Shown: piece after piece, positions 30,162-45,703 of the stretch
Layout of the letters: each line of letters begins with the position of its first letter
Numbering within the stretch: position 1 is the first letter of the stretch
From: the human T2T-CHM13v2.0 reference genome, Homo sapiens
Direction: 5' to 3' (one strand)
Assembly: GCF_009914755.1 (NCBI RefSeq)
Contig: NC_060925.1
Length of the DNA stretch: 64,000 nt
Program-made: the position numbers and the translations under genes
The notes under the pieces: generated by a model
The model's database searches: none
What the model was told of the DNA's origin: nothing
Seen by the model: only the letters and a program-made list of their open reading frames with translations

Positions 30162-33100
30162 ATGGAATCGTCATCGAATGAATTGAATGCAATCATCGAA
30201 TGGTCTCGAATGGAATCATCTTCAAATGGAATGGAATGGAATCATCGCATAGAATCGAAAGGAATTATCATCGAATGGAATCGAATGGAATCAACACCAA
30301 ACGGAAAAAAACGGAATTATCGAATGGAATCGAAGAGAATCATCGAATGGACCCGAATGGAATCATCTAATGGAATGGAATGGAATAATCCATGGACTCG
30401 AATGCAATCATCATCGAATGGAATCGAATGGAATCATCCAATGGACTCGAATGGAATAATCATTGAACGGAATCGAATGGAATCATCATCGGATGGAAAC
30501 GAATGGAATCATCATCGAATGGAAATGAAAGGAGTCATCATCTAATGGAATTGCATGGAATCATCATAAAATGGAATCGAATGGAATCAACATCAAATGG
30601 AATCAAATGGAATCATTGAACGGAATTGAATGGAATCGTCATCGAATGAATTGACTGCAATCATCGAATGGTCTCGAATGGAATCATCTTCAAATGGAAT
30701 GGAATGGAATCATCGCATAGAATCGAATGGAATTATCATCGAATGGAATCGAATGGAATCAACATCAAACGGAAAAAAACAGAATTATCGTATGGAATCG
30801 AAGAGAATCATCGAATGGACCCGAATGGAATCATCTAATGGAATGGAATGGAATAATCCATGGACTCGAATGCAATCATCATCGAATGGAATCGAATGGA
30901 ATCATCGAATGGACTCGAATGGAATAATCATTGAACGGAATCGAATGGAATCATCATCGGATGGAAATGAATGGAATCATCATCGAATGGAATCGAATAG
31001 AATTATGGAATGAAATCCAGTGTGATCATCATCGAATGGACCCGAATGGAATCATCATCCAACGGAAGCTAATGGAATCAACATCGAATGAATCGAATGG
31101 AAACACCATCGAATTGAAACGAATGGAATTATCATGAAATTGAAATGGATGGACTCATCATCGAATGGATTCGAATGGAATCATCGAATAAAATTGATTG
31201 AAATCATCATCCAATGGAATCGAATGGTATCATTGAATGGAATCGAATGGAATCTTCATCAGATGGAAATGAATGGAATCGTCATAGAATGGAATAGAAT
31301 GGATTCATTGAATGGAATCAGATGGAATCAACGAATGGACTGGAATGGAATCATTGAATGGACTCGAAAGGGATCATTATTGAATGGAATTGAATGGAAT
31401 CATCGAATGGTCTCGATTGGAATCATTATCAAATGGAATCGAATGGAATCACCGAACAGAATCGAATGGAACAATCATCGAATGGACTCAAATGGAATTA
31501 TCCTCAAATGGAATCGAATGGAATTATCGAATGCAATCGAATGGAATTATCGAATGCAATCGAATAGAATCATCGAATGGACTCGAATGGAATCATCGAA
31601 TGGAATGGAATGGAACAGTCAATGAACTCGAATGGAATCATCATTGAATGGAATCGAATGGAATCATCGAGTGGAATCAAATGGAATTATGATCAAATGG
31701 AATCGAATGTAATCATCATCAAATGGAATCAAAAATAACCATCATCAATTGGTATTGAATGGAATTGTCATCAAATGGAATTCAAAGGAATCATCATCAA
31801 ATGGAACCGAATGGAATCCTCATTGAATGGAAATGAAAGGGGTCATCATCTAATGGAATCGCATGGAATCATCATCAAATGGAATCGAATGGAATCATCA
31901 TCAAATGGAATCTAATGGAATCATTGAACAGAATTGAATGGAATCGTCATCGAATGAATTGAATGCAATCATCGAATGGTCTCGAATGGAATCATCTTCT
32001 AATGGAAAGGAATGGAATCATCGCATAGAATCGAATGGAATTATCATCGAATGGAATCGAATGGTATCAACACCAAACGGAAAAAAACGGAATTATCGAA
32101 TGGAATCGAAGAGAATCTTCGAACGGACCCGAATGGAATCATCTAATTGAATGGAATGGAATAATCCATGGACTCGAATGCAATCATCATCGAATGGAAT
32201 CGAATGGAATCATCGAATGGACTCGAATGGAATAATCATTGAACGGAATCGAATGGAATCATCATCGGATGGAAACGAATGGAATCATCATCGAATGGAA
32301 ATGAAAGGAGTCATCATCTAATGGAATTGCATGGAATCATCATAAAATGGAATCGAATGGAATCAACATCAAATGGAATCAAATGGAATCATTGAACGGA
32401 ATTGAATGGAATCGTCATCGAATGAATTGACTGAAATCATCGAATGGTCTCGAATGGAATCATCTTCAAATGGAATGGAATGGAATCATCGCATAGAATC
32501 GAATGGAATTATCATCGAATGGAATCGAATGGAATCAACATCAAACGGAAAAAAACGGAATTATCGAATGGAATCGAAGAGAATCATCGAATGGACCCGA
32601 ATGGAATCATCTAATGGAATGGAATGGAATAATCCATGGACTCGAATGCAATCATCATCGAATGGAATCGAATGGAATCATCGAATGGACTCGAATGGAA
32701 TAATCATTGAACGGAATCGAATGGAATCATCATCGGATGGAAATGAATGGAATCATCATCGAATGGAATCGAATAGAATTATGGAATGAAATCCAGTGTG
32801 ATCATCATCGAATGGACCCGAATGGAATCATCATCCAACGGAAGCTAATGGAATCAACATCGAATGAATCGAATGGAAACACCATCGAATTGAAACGAAT
32901 GGAATTATCATGAAATTGAAATGGATGGACTCATCATCGAATGGATTCGAATGGAATCATCGAATAAAATTGATTGAAATCATCATCAAATGGAATCGAA
33001 TGGTATCATTGAATGGAATCGAATGGAATCATCATCAGATGGAAATGAATGGAATCGTCATAGAATGGAATCGAATGGATTCATTGAATGGAATCAGATG

Positions 33101-36100
33101 GAATCATCGAATGGACTGGAATGGAATCATTGAATGGACTCGAAAGGGATCATTATTGAATGGAATTGAATGGAATCATCGAATGGTCTCGATTGGAATC
33201 ATTATCAAATGGAATCGAATGGAATCACCGAATAGAATCGAATGGAACAATCATCGAATGGACTCAAATGGAATTATCCTCCAATGAAATCGAATGGAAT
33301 TATCGAATGCAATCGAATGGAATTATCGAATGCAATCGAATAGAATCATCGAATGGACTCGAATGGAATCATCGAATGGAATGGAATGGAACAGTCAATG
33401 AACTCGAATGGAATCATCATTGAATGGAATCGAATGGAATCATCGAGTGGAATCGAATGGAATTATGATCAAATGGAATGGAATGTAATCATCATCAAAT
33501 GGAATCAAAAATAACCATCATCAATTGGTATTGAATGGAATTGTCATCAAATGGAATTCAAAGGAATCATCATCAAATGGAACCGAATGGAATCCTCATT
33601 GAATGGAAATGAAAAGGGTCATCATCTAATGGAATCGCATGGAATCATCATCAAATGGAATCGAATGGAATCATCATCAAATGGAATCTAATGGAATCAT
33701 TGAACAGAATTGAATGGAATCGTCATCGAATGAATTGAATGCAATCATCGAATGGTCTCGAATGGAATCATCTTCTAATGGAAAGGAATGGAATCATCGC
33801 ATAGAATCGAATGGAATTATCATCGAATGGAATCGAATGGTATCAACACCAAACGGAAAAAAACGGAATTATCGAATGGAATCGAAGAGAATCTTCGAAC
33901 GGACCCGAATGGAATCATCTAATGGAATGGAATGGAATAATCCATGGACTCGAATGCAATCATCATCGAATGGAATCGAATGGAATCATCGAATGGACTT
34001 GAATGGAATAATCATTGAACGGAATCGATTGGAATCATCATCGGATGGAAACGAATGGAATCATCATCGAATGGAAATGAAAGGAGTCATCATCTAATGG
34101 AATTGCATGGAATCATCATAAAATGGAATCGAATGGAATCAACATCAAATGGAATCAAATGGAATCATTGAACGGAATTGAATGGAATCGTCATCGAATG
34201 AATTGACTGCAATCATCCAATGGTCTCGAATGGAATCATCTTCAAATGGAATGGAATGGAATCATCGCATAGAATCGAATGGAATTATCATCGAATGGAA
34301 TCGAATGGAATCAACATCAAACGGAAAAAAACGGAATTATCGTATGGAATCGAAGAGAATCATCGAAGGGACCCGAATGGAATCATCTAATGGAATGGAA
34401 TGGAATAATCCATGGACTCGAATGCAATCATCATCGAATGGATTCGAATGGAATCATCGAATGGACTCGAATGGAATAATCATTGAACGGAATAGAATGG
34501 AATCATCATCGGATGGAAATGAATGGAATCATCATCGAATGGAATCGAATAGAATTATGGAATGAAATCCAGTGTGATCATCATCGAATGGACCCGAATG
34601 GAATCATCATCCAACGGAAGCTAATGGAATCAACATCGAATGAATCGAATGGAAACACCATCGAATTGAAACGAATGGAATTATCATGAAATTGAAATGG
34701 ATGGACTCATCATCGAATGGATTCGAATGGAATCATCGAATAAAATTGATTGAAATCATCATCGAATGGAATCGAATGGTATCATTGAATGGAATCGAAT
34801 GGAATCATCATCAGATGGAAATGAATGGAATCGTCATAGAATGGAATCGAATGGATTAATTGAATGGAATCAGATGGAATCATCGAATGGACTGGAATGG
34901 AATCATTGAATGGACTCGAAAGGGATCATGATTGAATGGAATTGAATGGAATCATCGAATGGTCTCGATTGGAATCATTATCAAATGGAATCGAATGGAA
35001 TCACCGAATAGAATCGAATGGAACAATCATCGAATGGACTCAAATGGAATTATCCTCAAATGGAATCGAATGGAATTATCGAATGCAATCGAATGGAATT
35101 ATCGAATGCAATCGAATAGAATCATCGAATGGACTCGAATGGAATCATCGAATGGAATGGAATGGAACAGTCAATGAACTCGAATGGAATCATCATTGAA
35201 TGGAATCGAATGGAATCATCGAGTGGAACCGAATGGAATTATGATCAAATGGAATCGAATGTAATCATCATCAAATGGAATCAAAAATAACCATCTTCAA
35301 TTGGTATTGAATGGAATTCTCATCAAATGGAATTCAAAGGAATCATCATCAAATGGAACCGAATGGAATCCTCATTGAATGGAAATGAAAGGGGTCATCA
35401 TCTAATGGAATCGCAAGGAATCATCATAAAATGGAATCGAATGGAATCAACATCAAATGGAATCAAATGGAATCATTGAACGGAATTGAATGGAATCGTC
35501 ATCGAATGAATTGACTACAATCACCGAATGGTCTCGAATGGAATCATCTTCAAATGGAATGGAATGGAATCATCGCATAGAATCGAATGGAATTATCATC
35601 GAATGGAATCGAATGGTATCAACATCAAACGGAAAAAAACGGAATTATCGAATCGAATCGAAGAGAAACTTCGAACGGACCCGAATGGAATCATCTAATG
35701 GAATGGAATGGAATAATCCATGGACTCGAATGCAATCATCATCGAATGGAATCGAATGGAATCATCGAATGGACTTGAATGGAATAATCATTGAACGGAA
35801 TCGAATGGAATCATCATCGGATGGAAACGAATGGAATCATCATCGAATGGAATCGAATAGAATTATGGAATGAAATCCAGTGTGATCATCATCGAATGGA
35901 CCCGAATGGAATCATCATCCAACGGAAGCTAATGGAATCAACATCGAATGAATCAAATGGAAACACCATCGAATTGAAACGAATGGAATTACCATGAAAT
36001 TGAAATGGATGGACTCATCCTCAAATGGATTCGAGTGGAATCAACGAATAAAATTGATTGAAATCATCATCGAATGGAATCGAATGGTATCATTGAATGG

Positions 36101-39100
36101 AATCGAATGGAATCATCATCAGATGGAAATGAAAGGAATCGTCATAGAATGGAATCGAATGGATTCATTGAATGGAATCAGATGGAATCATTGAATGGAC
36201 TGGAATGGAATCATTGAATGGACTCGAAAGGGATCATTATTGAATGGAATTGAATGGAATCATCGAATGGTCTCGATTGGAATCATTATCAAATGGAATC
36301 GAATGGAATCACCGAATAGAATCGAATGGAACAATCATCGAATGGACTCAAATGGAATTATCCTCAAATGGAATTGAATGGAATTATCGAATGCAATCGA
36401 ATGGAATTATCGAATGCAATCGAATAGAATCATCGAATGGACTCGAATGGAATCATCGAATGGAATGGAATGGAACAGTCAATGAACTCGAATGGAATCA
36501 TCATTGAATGGAATCGAATGGAATCATCGAGTGGAATCGAATGTAATCATCATCAAATGGAATCAAAAATAACCATCATCAAATGGAATCAAAAATAACC
36601 ATCATCAATTGGTATTGAATGGAATTCTCATCAAATGGAGTTCAAAGGAATCATAATCAAATGGAACCGAATGGAATCCTCATTGAATGGAAATGAAAGG
36701 GGTCATCATCTAATGGAATCGCATGGAATCATCATAAAATGGAATCGAATGGAATCAACATCAAATGGAATCAAATGGAATATTTGAACGGAATTGAATG
36801 GAATCGTCATCGAATGAATTGAATGCAATCATCGAATGGTCTCGAATGGAATCATCTTCAAATGGAATGGAATGGAATCATCGCATAGAATCGAAAGGAA
36901 TTATCATCGAATGGAATCGAATGGAATCAACATCAAACGGAAAAAAACGGAATTATCGAATGGAATCGAAGAGAATCATCGAATGGACCCGAATGGAATC
37001 ATCTAATGGAATGGAATGGAATAATCCATGGACTCGAATGCAATCATCATCGAATGGAATCGAATGGAATCTTCCAATGGACTCGAATGCAATAATCATT
37101 GAACGGAATCGAATGGAATCATCATCGGATGGAAATGAATGGAATCATCATCGAATGGAATCGAATAGAATTATGGAATGAAATCCAGTGTGATCATCAT
37201 CGAATGGACCCGAATGGAATCATCATCCAACGGATGCTAATGGAATCAACATCGAATGAATCAAATGGAAACACCATCGAATTGAAACGAATGGAATTAC
37301 CATGAAATTGAAATGGATGGACTCATCATCGAATGGATTCGAAAGGAATCATCGAATAAAATTGATTGAAATCATCATCGAATGGAATCGAATGGTATCA
37401 TTGAATGGAATCGAATGGAATCATCATCAGATGGAAATGAATGGAATCGTCATAGAATGGAATCGAATGGATTCATTGAATGGAATCAGATGGAATCATC
37501 GAATGGACTGGAATGGAATCATTGAATGGACTCGAAAGAGATCATGATTGAATGGAATTGAATAGAATCATCGAATGGTCTCGATTGGAATCATTATCAA
37601 ATGGAATCGAATGGAATCACCGAATAGGATCGAATGGAACAATCATCTAATGGACTCAAATGGAATTATCCTCAAATGGAATCGAATGGAATTATCGAAT
37701 GCAATCGAATGGAATTATCGAATGCAATCGAATAGAATCATCGAATGGACTCGAATGGAATCATCGAATGGAATGGAATGGAACAGTCAATGAACTCGAA
37801 TGGAATCATCATTGAATGGAATCGAATGGAATCATCGAGTGGAATCGAATGGAATTATGATCAAATGGAATCGAATGTAATCATCATCAAATGGAATCAA
37901 AAATAACCATCATCAATTGGTATTGAATGGAATTGTCTTCAAATGTAATTCAAAGGAAACATCATCAAATGGAACCGAATGGAATCCTCATTGAATGGAA
38001 ATGAAAGGGGTCATCATCTAATGGAATCGCATGGAATCATCATCAAATGGAATCGAATGGAATCATCATCAAATGGAATCTAATGGAATCATTGAACAGA
38101 ATTGAATGGAATCGTCATCAAATGAATTGAATGCAATCATCGAATGGTCTCGAATGGAATCATCTTCTAATGGAAAGGAATGGAATCATCGCATAGAATC
38201 GAATGGAATTATCATCGAATGGAATCGAATGGTATCAACACCAAACGGAAAAAAACGGAATTATCGAATGGAATCGAAGAGAATCTTCGAACGGACCCGA
38301 ATGGAATCATCTAATGGAATGGAATGGAATAATCCATGGACTCTAATGCAATCATAATCGAATGGAATGGAATGGAATCATCGAATGGACTCGAATGGAA
38401 TAATCATTGAACGGAATCGAATGGAATCATCATCGGATGGAAACGAATGGAATCATCATCGAATGGAAATGAAAGGAGTCATCATCTAATGGAATTGCAT
38501 GGAATCATCATAAAATGGAATCGAATGGAATCAACATCAAATGGAATCAAATGGAATCATTGAACGGAATTGAATGGAATCGTCATCGAATGAATTGACT
38601 GCAATCATCGAATGGTCTCGAATGGAATCATCTTCAAATGGAAGGGAATGGAATCATCGCATAGAATCGAATGGAATTATCATCGAATGGAATCGAATGG
38701 AATCAACATCAAACGGAAAAAAACAGAATTATCGTATGGAATCGAAGAGAATCATCGAATGGACCCGAATGGAATCATCTAATGGAATGGAATGGAATAA
38801 TCCATGGACTCGAATGCAATCATCATCGAATGGAATCGAATGGAATCATCGAATGGACTCGAATGGAATAATCATTGAACGGAATCGAATGGAATCATCA
38901 TCGGATGGAAATGAATGGAATCATCATCGAATGGAATCGAATAGAATTATGGAATGAAATCCAGTGTGATCATCATCGAATGGACCCGAATGGAATCATC
39001 ATCCAACGGAAGCTAATGGAATCAACATCGAATGAATCGAATGGAAACACCATCGAATTGAAACGAATGGAATTATCATGAAATTGAAATGGATGGACTC

Positions 39101-41657
39101 ATCATCGAATGGATTCGAATCGAATCATCGAATAAAATTGATTGAAATCATCATCGAATGGAATCGAATGGTATCATTGAATGGAATCGAATGGAATCAT
39201 CATCAGATGGAAATGAATGGAATCGTCATAGAATGGAATCGAATGGATTCATTGAATGGAATCAGATGGAATCATCGAATGGACTGGAATGGAATCATTG
39301 AATGGACTCGAAAGGGATCATTATTGAATGGAATTGAATGGAATCATCGAATGGTCTCGATTGGAATCATTACCAAATGGAATCGAATGGAATCACCGAA
39401 TAGAATCGAATGGAACAATCATCGAATGGACTCAAATGGAATTATCCTCCAATGGAATCGAATGGAATTATCGAATGCAATCGAATGGAATTATCGAATG
39501 CAATCGAATAGAATCATCGAAAGGACTCGAATGGAATCATCGAATGGAATGGAATGGAACAGTCAATGAACTCGAATGGAATCATCATTGAATGGAATCG
39601 AATGGAATCATCGAGTGGAATTGAATGGAATTATGATCAAATGGAATCGAATGTAATCATCATCAAATGGAATCAAAAATAACCATCATCAATTGGTATT
39701 GAATGGAATTGTCATCAAATGGAATTCAAAGGAATCATCATCAAATGGAACCGAATGGAATCCTCATTGAATGGAAATGAAAGGGGTCATCATCTAATGG
39801 AATCGCATGGAATCATCATCAAATGGAATCGAATGGAATCATCATCAAATGGAATCTAATGGAATCATTGAACAGAATTGAATGGAATCGTCATCGAATG
39901 AATTGAATGCAATCATCGAATGGTCTCGAATGGAATCATCTTCTAATGGAAAGGAATGGAATCATCGCATAGAATCGAATGGAATTATCATCGAATGGAA
40001 TCGAATGGTATCAACACCAAACGGAAAAAAACGGAATTATCGAATGGAATCGAAGAGAATCTTCGAACGGACCCGAATGGAATCATCTAATTGAATGGAA
40101 TGGAATAATCCATGGACTCGAATGCAATCATCATCGAATGGAATCGAATGGAATCATCGAATGGACTCGAATGGAATAATCATTGAACGGAATCGAATGG
40201 AATCATCATCGGATGGAAACGAATGGAATCATCATCGAATGGAAATGAAAGGAGTCATCATCTAATGGAATTGCATGGAATCATCATAAAATGGAATCGA
40301 ATGGAATCAACATCAAATGGAATCAAATGGAATCATTGAACGGAATTGAATGGAATCGTCATCGAATGAATTGACTGCAATCATCGAATGGTCTCGAATG
40401 GAATCATCTTCAAATGGAATGGAATGGAATCATCGCATAGAATCGAATGGAATTATCATCGAATGGAATCGAATGGAATCAACATCAAACGGAAAAAAAC
40501 AGAATTATCGTATGGAATCGAAGAGAATCATCGAATGGACCCGAATGGAATCATCTAATGGAATGGAATGGAATAATCCATGGACTCGAATGCAATCATC
40601 ATCGAATGGAATCGAATGGAATCATCGAATGGACTCGAATGGAATAATCATTGAACGGAATCGAATGGAATCATCATCGGATGGAAATGAATGGAATCAT
40701 CATCGAATGGAATCGAATAGAATTATGGAATGAAATCCAGTGTGATCATCATCGAATGGACCCGAATGGAATCATCATCCAACGGAAGCTAATGGAATCA
40801 ACATCGAATGAATCAAATGGAAACACCATCGAATTGAAACGAATGGAATTATCATGAAATTGAAATGGATGGACTCATCATCGAATGGATTCGAATGGAA
40901 TCATCGAATAAAATTGATTGAAATCATCATCGAATGGAATCGAATGGTATCATTGAATGGAATCGAATGGAATCATCATCAGATGGAAATGAATGGAATC
41001 GTCATAGAATGGAATCGAATGGATTCATTGAATGGAATCAGATGGAATCATCGAATGGACTGGAATGGAATCATTGAATGGACTCGAAAGGGATCATGAT
41101 TGAATGGAATTTAATGGAATCATCGAATGGTCTCGATTGGAATCATTATCAAATGGAATCGAATGGAATCACCGAATAGAATCGAATGGAACAATCATCG
41201 AATGGACTCAAATGGAATTATCCTCCAATGGAATCGAATGGAATTATCGAATGCAATCGAATGGAATTATCGAATGCAATCGAATAGAATCATCGAATGG
41301 ACTCGAATGGAATCATCGAATGGAATGGAATGGAACAGTCAATGAACTCGAATGGAATCATCATTGAATGGAATCGAATGGAATCATCGAGTGGAATCGA
41401 ATGGAATTATGATCAAATGGAATCGAATGTTATCCTCATCAAATGGAATCAAAAATAACCATCATCAATTGGTATTGAATGGAATTGTCATCAAATGGAA
41501 TTCAAAGGAATCATCATCAAATGGAACCGAATGGAATCCTCATTGAATGGAAATGAAAGGGGTCATCATCTAATGGAATCGCATGGAATCATCATCAAAT
41601 GGAATCGAATGGAATCATCATCAAATGGAATCTAATGGAATCATTGAACAGAATTGA

Positions 41658-43459
41658 ATGGAATCGTCATCGAATGAATTGAATGCAATCATCGAATGGT
41701 CTCGAATGGAATCATCTTCTAATGGAAAGGAATGGAATCATCGCATAGAATCGAATGGAATTATCATCGAATGGAATCGAATGGTATCAACACCAAACGG
41801 AAAAAAACGGAATTATCGAATGGAATCGAAGAGAATCTTCGAACGGACCCGAATGGAATCATCTAATGGAATGGAATGGAATAATCCATGGACTCGAATG
41901 CAATCATCATCGAATGGAATCGAATGGAATCATCGAATGGACTCGAATGGAATAATCATTGAACGGAATCGAATGGAAACATCATCGGATGGAAACGAAT
42001 GGAATCATCATCGAATGGAAATGAAAGGAGTCATCATCTAATGGAATTGCATGGAATCATCATAAAATGGAATCGAATGGAATCAACATCAAATGGAATC
42101 GAATGGAATCAACATCAAATGGAATCAAATGGAATCATTGAACGGAATTGAATGAAATCGTCATCGAATGAATTGAATGCAATCATCGAATGGTCTCGAA
42201 TGGAATCATCTTCAAATGGAATGGAATGGAATCATCGCATAGAATCGAATGGAATTATCATCGAATGGAATCGAATGGAATCAACATCAAACGGAAAAAA
42301 ACGGAATTATCGAATGGAATCGAAGAGAATCATCGAATGGACCCGAATGGAATCATCTAATGGAATGGAATGGAATAATCCATGGACTCGAATGCAATCA
42401 TCATCGAATGGAATCGAATGGAATCATCGAATGGACTCGAATGGAATAATCATTGAACGGAATCGAATGGAATCATCATCGGATGGAAATGAATGGAATC
42501 ATCATCGAATGGAATCGAATAGAATTATGGAATGAAATCCAGTGTGATCATCATCGAATGGACCCGAATGGAATCATCATCCAACGGAAGCTAATGGAAT
42601 CAACATCGAATGAATCAAATGGAAACACCATCGAATTGAAACGAATGGAATTACCATGAAATTGAAATGGATGGACTCATCATCAAATGGATTCGAATGG
42701 ATTCATCAAATAAAATTGATTGAAATCATCATCGAATGGAATCGAATGGTATCATTGAATGGAATCGAATGGAATCATCATCAGATGGAAATGAATGGAA
42801 TCGTCATAGAATGGAATCGAATGGATTCATTGAATGGAATCAGATGGAATCATTGAATGGACTGGAATGGAATCATTGAATGGACTCGAAAGGGATCATT
42901 ATTGAATGGAATTGAATGGAATCATCGAATGGTCTCGATTGGAATCATTATCAAATGGAATCGAATGGAATCACCGAATAGAATCGAATGGAACAATCAT
43001 CGAATGGACTCAAATGGAATTATCCTCCAATGGAATCGAATGGAATTATCGAATGCAATCGAATGGAATTATCGAATGCAATCAAATAGAATCATCGAAT
43101 GGACTCGAATGGAATCATCGAATGGAATGGAATGGAACAGTCAATGAACTCGAATGGAATCATCATTGAATGGAATCGAATGTAATCATCGAGTGGAATC
43201 GAAAGGAATTATGACCAAATGGAATCGAATGTAATCATCATCAAATGGAATCAAAAATAACCATCATCAATTGGTATTGAATGGAATTGTCATCAAATGG
43301 AATTCAAAGGAATCATCATCAAATGGAACCGAATGGAATCCTCATTGAATGGAAATGAAAGGGGTCATCATCTAATGGAATCGCATGGAATCATCATCAA
43401 ATGGAATCGAATGGAATCATCATCAAATGGAATCAAATGGAATCATTGAACAGAATTGA
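41658..43459 (+). repeat. 1802-bp unit (1776 + 26-bp tandem duplication); copy at 58949-60750
   Basis: Sub-unit spacing is 494 instead of 468. aatcgaatggaatcaacatcaaatgg is doubled at 42071-42122. Confidence 0.92.
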
Positions 43460-45703
43460 ATGGAATGGTCATCGAATGAGTTGAATGCAATCATCGAATG
43501 GTCTCGAATGGAATCATCTTCTAATGGAAAGGAATGGAATCATCGCATAGAATCGAATGGAATTATCATCGAATGGAATCGAAAGGTATCAACACCAAAC
43601 GGAAAAAAACGGAATTATCGAATGGAATCGAAGAGAATCTTCGAACGGACCCGAATGGAATCATCTAATGGAATGGAATGGAATAATCCATGGACTCGAA
43701 TGCAATCATCATCGAATGGAATGGAATGGAATCATCGAATGGACTCGAATGGAATAATCATTGAACGGAATCGAATGGAATCATCATCGGATGGAAACGA
43801 ATGGAATCATCATCGAATGGAAATGAAAGGAGTCATCATCTAATGGAATTGCATGGAATCATCATAAAATGGAATCGAATGGAATCAACATCAAATGGAA
43901 TCAAATGGAATCATTGAACGGAATTGAATGGAATCGTCATCGAATGAATTGAATGCAATCATCGAATGGTCTCGAATGGAATCATCTTCAAATGGAATGG
44001 AATGGAATCATCGCATAGAATCGAATGGAATTATCATCGAATGGAATCGAATGGAATCAACATCAAACGGAAAAAAACGGAATTATCGAATGGAATCGAA
44101 GAGAATTTTCGAACGGACCCGAATGGAATCATCTAATGGAATGGAATGGAATAATCCATGGAGTCGAATGCAATCATCATCGAATGGAATCGAATGGAAT
44201 CATCGAATGGACTCGAATGAAATAATCATTGAACGGAATCGAATGGAATCATCATCGGATGGAAACGAATGGAATCATCATCGAATGGAAATGAAAGGAG
44301 TCATCATCTAATGGAATTGCATGGAATCATCATCAAATGGAATCGAATGGAATCAACATCAAATGGAATCAAATGGAATCATTGAACGGAATTGAATGGA
44401 ATCGTCATCGAATGAATTGAATGCAATCATCGAATGGTCTCGAATGGAATCATCTTCAAATGGAATGGAATGGAATCATCGCATAGAATCGAATGGAATT
44501 ATCATCGAATGGAATCGAATGGAATCAACATCAAACGGAAAAAAACGTAATTATCGAATGGAATCGAAGAGAATCATCGAATGGACCCGAATGGAATCAT
44601 CTAATGGAATGGAATGGAATAATCCATGGACTCGAATGCAATCATCATCGAATGGAATCGAATGGAATCATCGAATGGACTCGAATGGAATAATCATTGA
44701 ACGGAATCGAATGGAATCATCATCGGATGGAAATGAATGGAATCATCATCGAATGGAATCGAATAGAATTATGGAATGAAATCCAGTGTGATCATCATCG
44801 AATGGACACGAATGGAATCATCATCCAACGGAAGCTAATGGAATCAACATCGAATGAATCAAATGGAAACACCATCGAATTGAAACGAATGGAATTACCA
44901 TGAAATTGAAATGGATGGACTCATCATCAAATGGATTCGAGTGGAATCATCGAATAAAATTGATTGAAATCATCATCGAATGGAATCGAATGGTATCATT
45001 GAATGGAATCGAATGGAATCATCATCAGATGGAAATGAAAGGAATCGTCATAGAATGGAATCGAATGGATTCATTGAATGGAATCAGATGGAATCATTGA
45101 ATGGACTGGAATGGAATCATTGAATGGACTCGAAAGGGATCATGATTGAATGGAATTGAATGGAATCATCGAATGGTCTCGATTGGAATCATTATCAAAT
45201 GGAATCGAATGGAATCACCGAATAGAATCGAATGGAACAATCATCGAATGGACTCAAATGGAATTATCCTCAAATGGAATCGAATGGAATTATCGAATGC
45301 AATCGAATGGAATTATCGAATGCAATCGAAGAGAATCATCGAATGGACTCGAATGGAATCATCGAATGGAATGGAATGGAACAGTCAATGAACTCGAATG
45401 GAATCATCATTGAATGGAATCGAATGGAATCATCGAGTGGAATCGAATGGAATTATGATCAAATGGAATAGAATGTAATCATCATCAAATGGAATCAAAA
45501 ATAACCATCATCAATTGGTATTGAATGGAATTCTCATCAAATGGAATTCAAAGGAATCATCATCAAATGGAACCGAATGGAATCCTCATTGAATGGAAAT
45601 GAAAGGGGTCATCATCTAATGGAATCGCATGGAATCATCATCAAATGGAATCGAATGGAATCAACATCAAATGGAATCTAATGGAATCATTGAACGGAAT
45701 TGA
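43460..45703 (+). repeat. 2244-bp three-sub-unit unit, absent from the second macro-copy
   Basis: Sub-unit starts at 43460, 43928 and 44396; next unit at 45704. Confidence 0.92.

Noticed and set aside
3522-41657. Apparent frame conservation (468, 1308, 1776 and 2244 are all divisible by 3)
   Set aside because: It follows from just two lengths, 468 and 840. Frame-shifting 26-bp and 1-bp indels and nonsense variants occur and are propagated.
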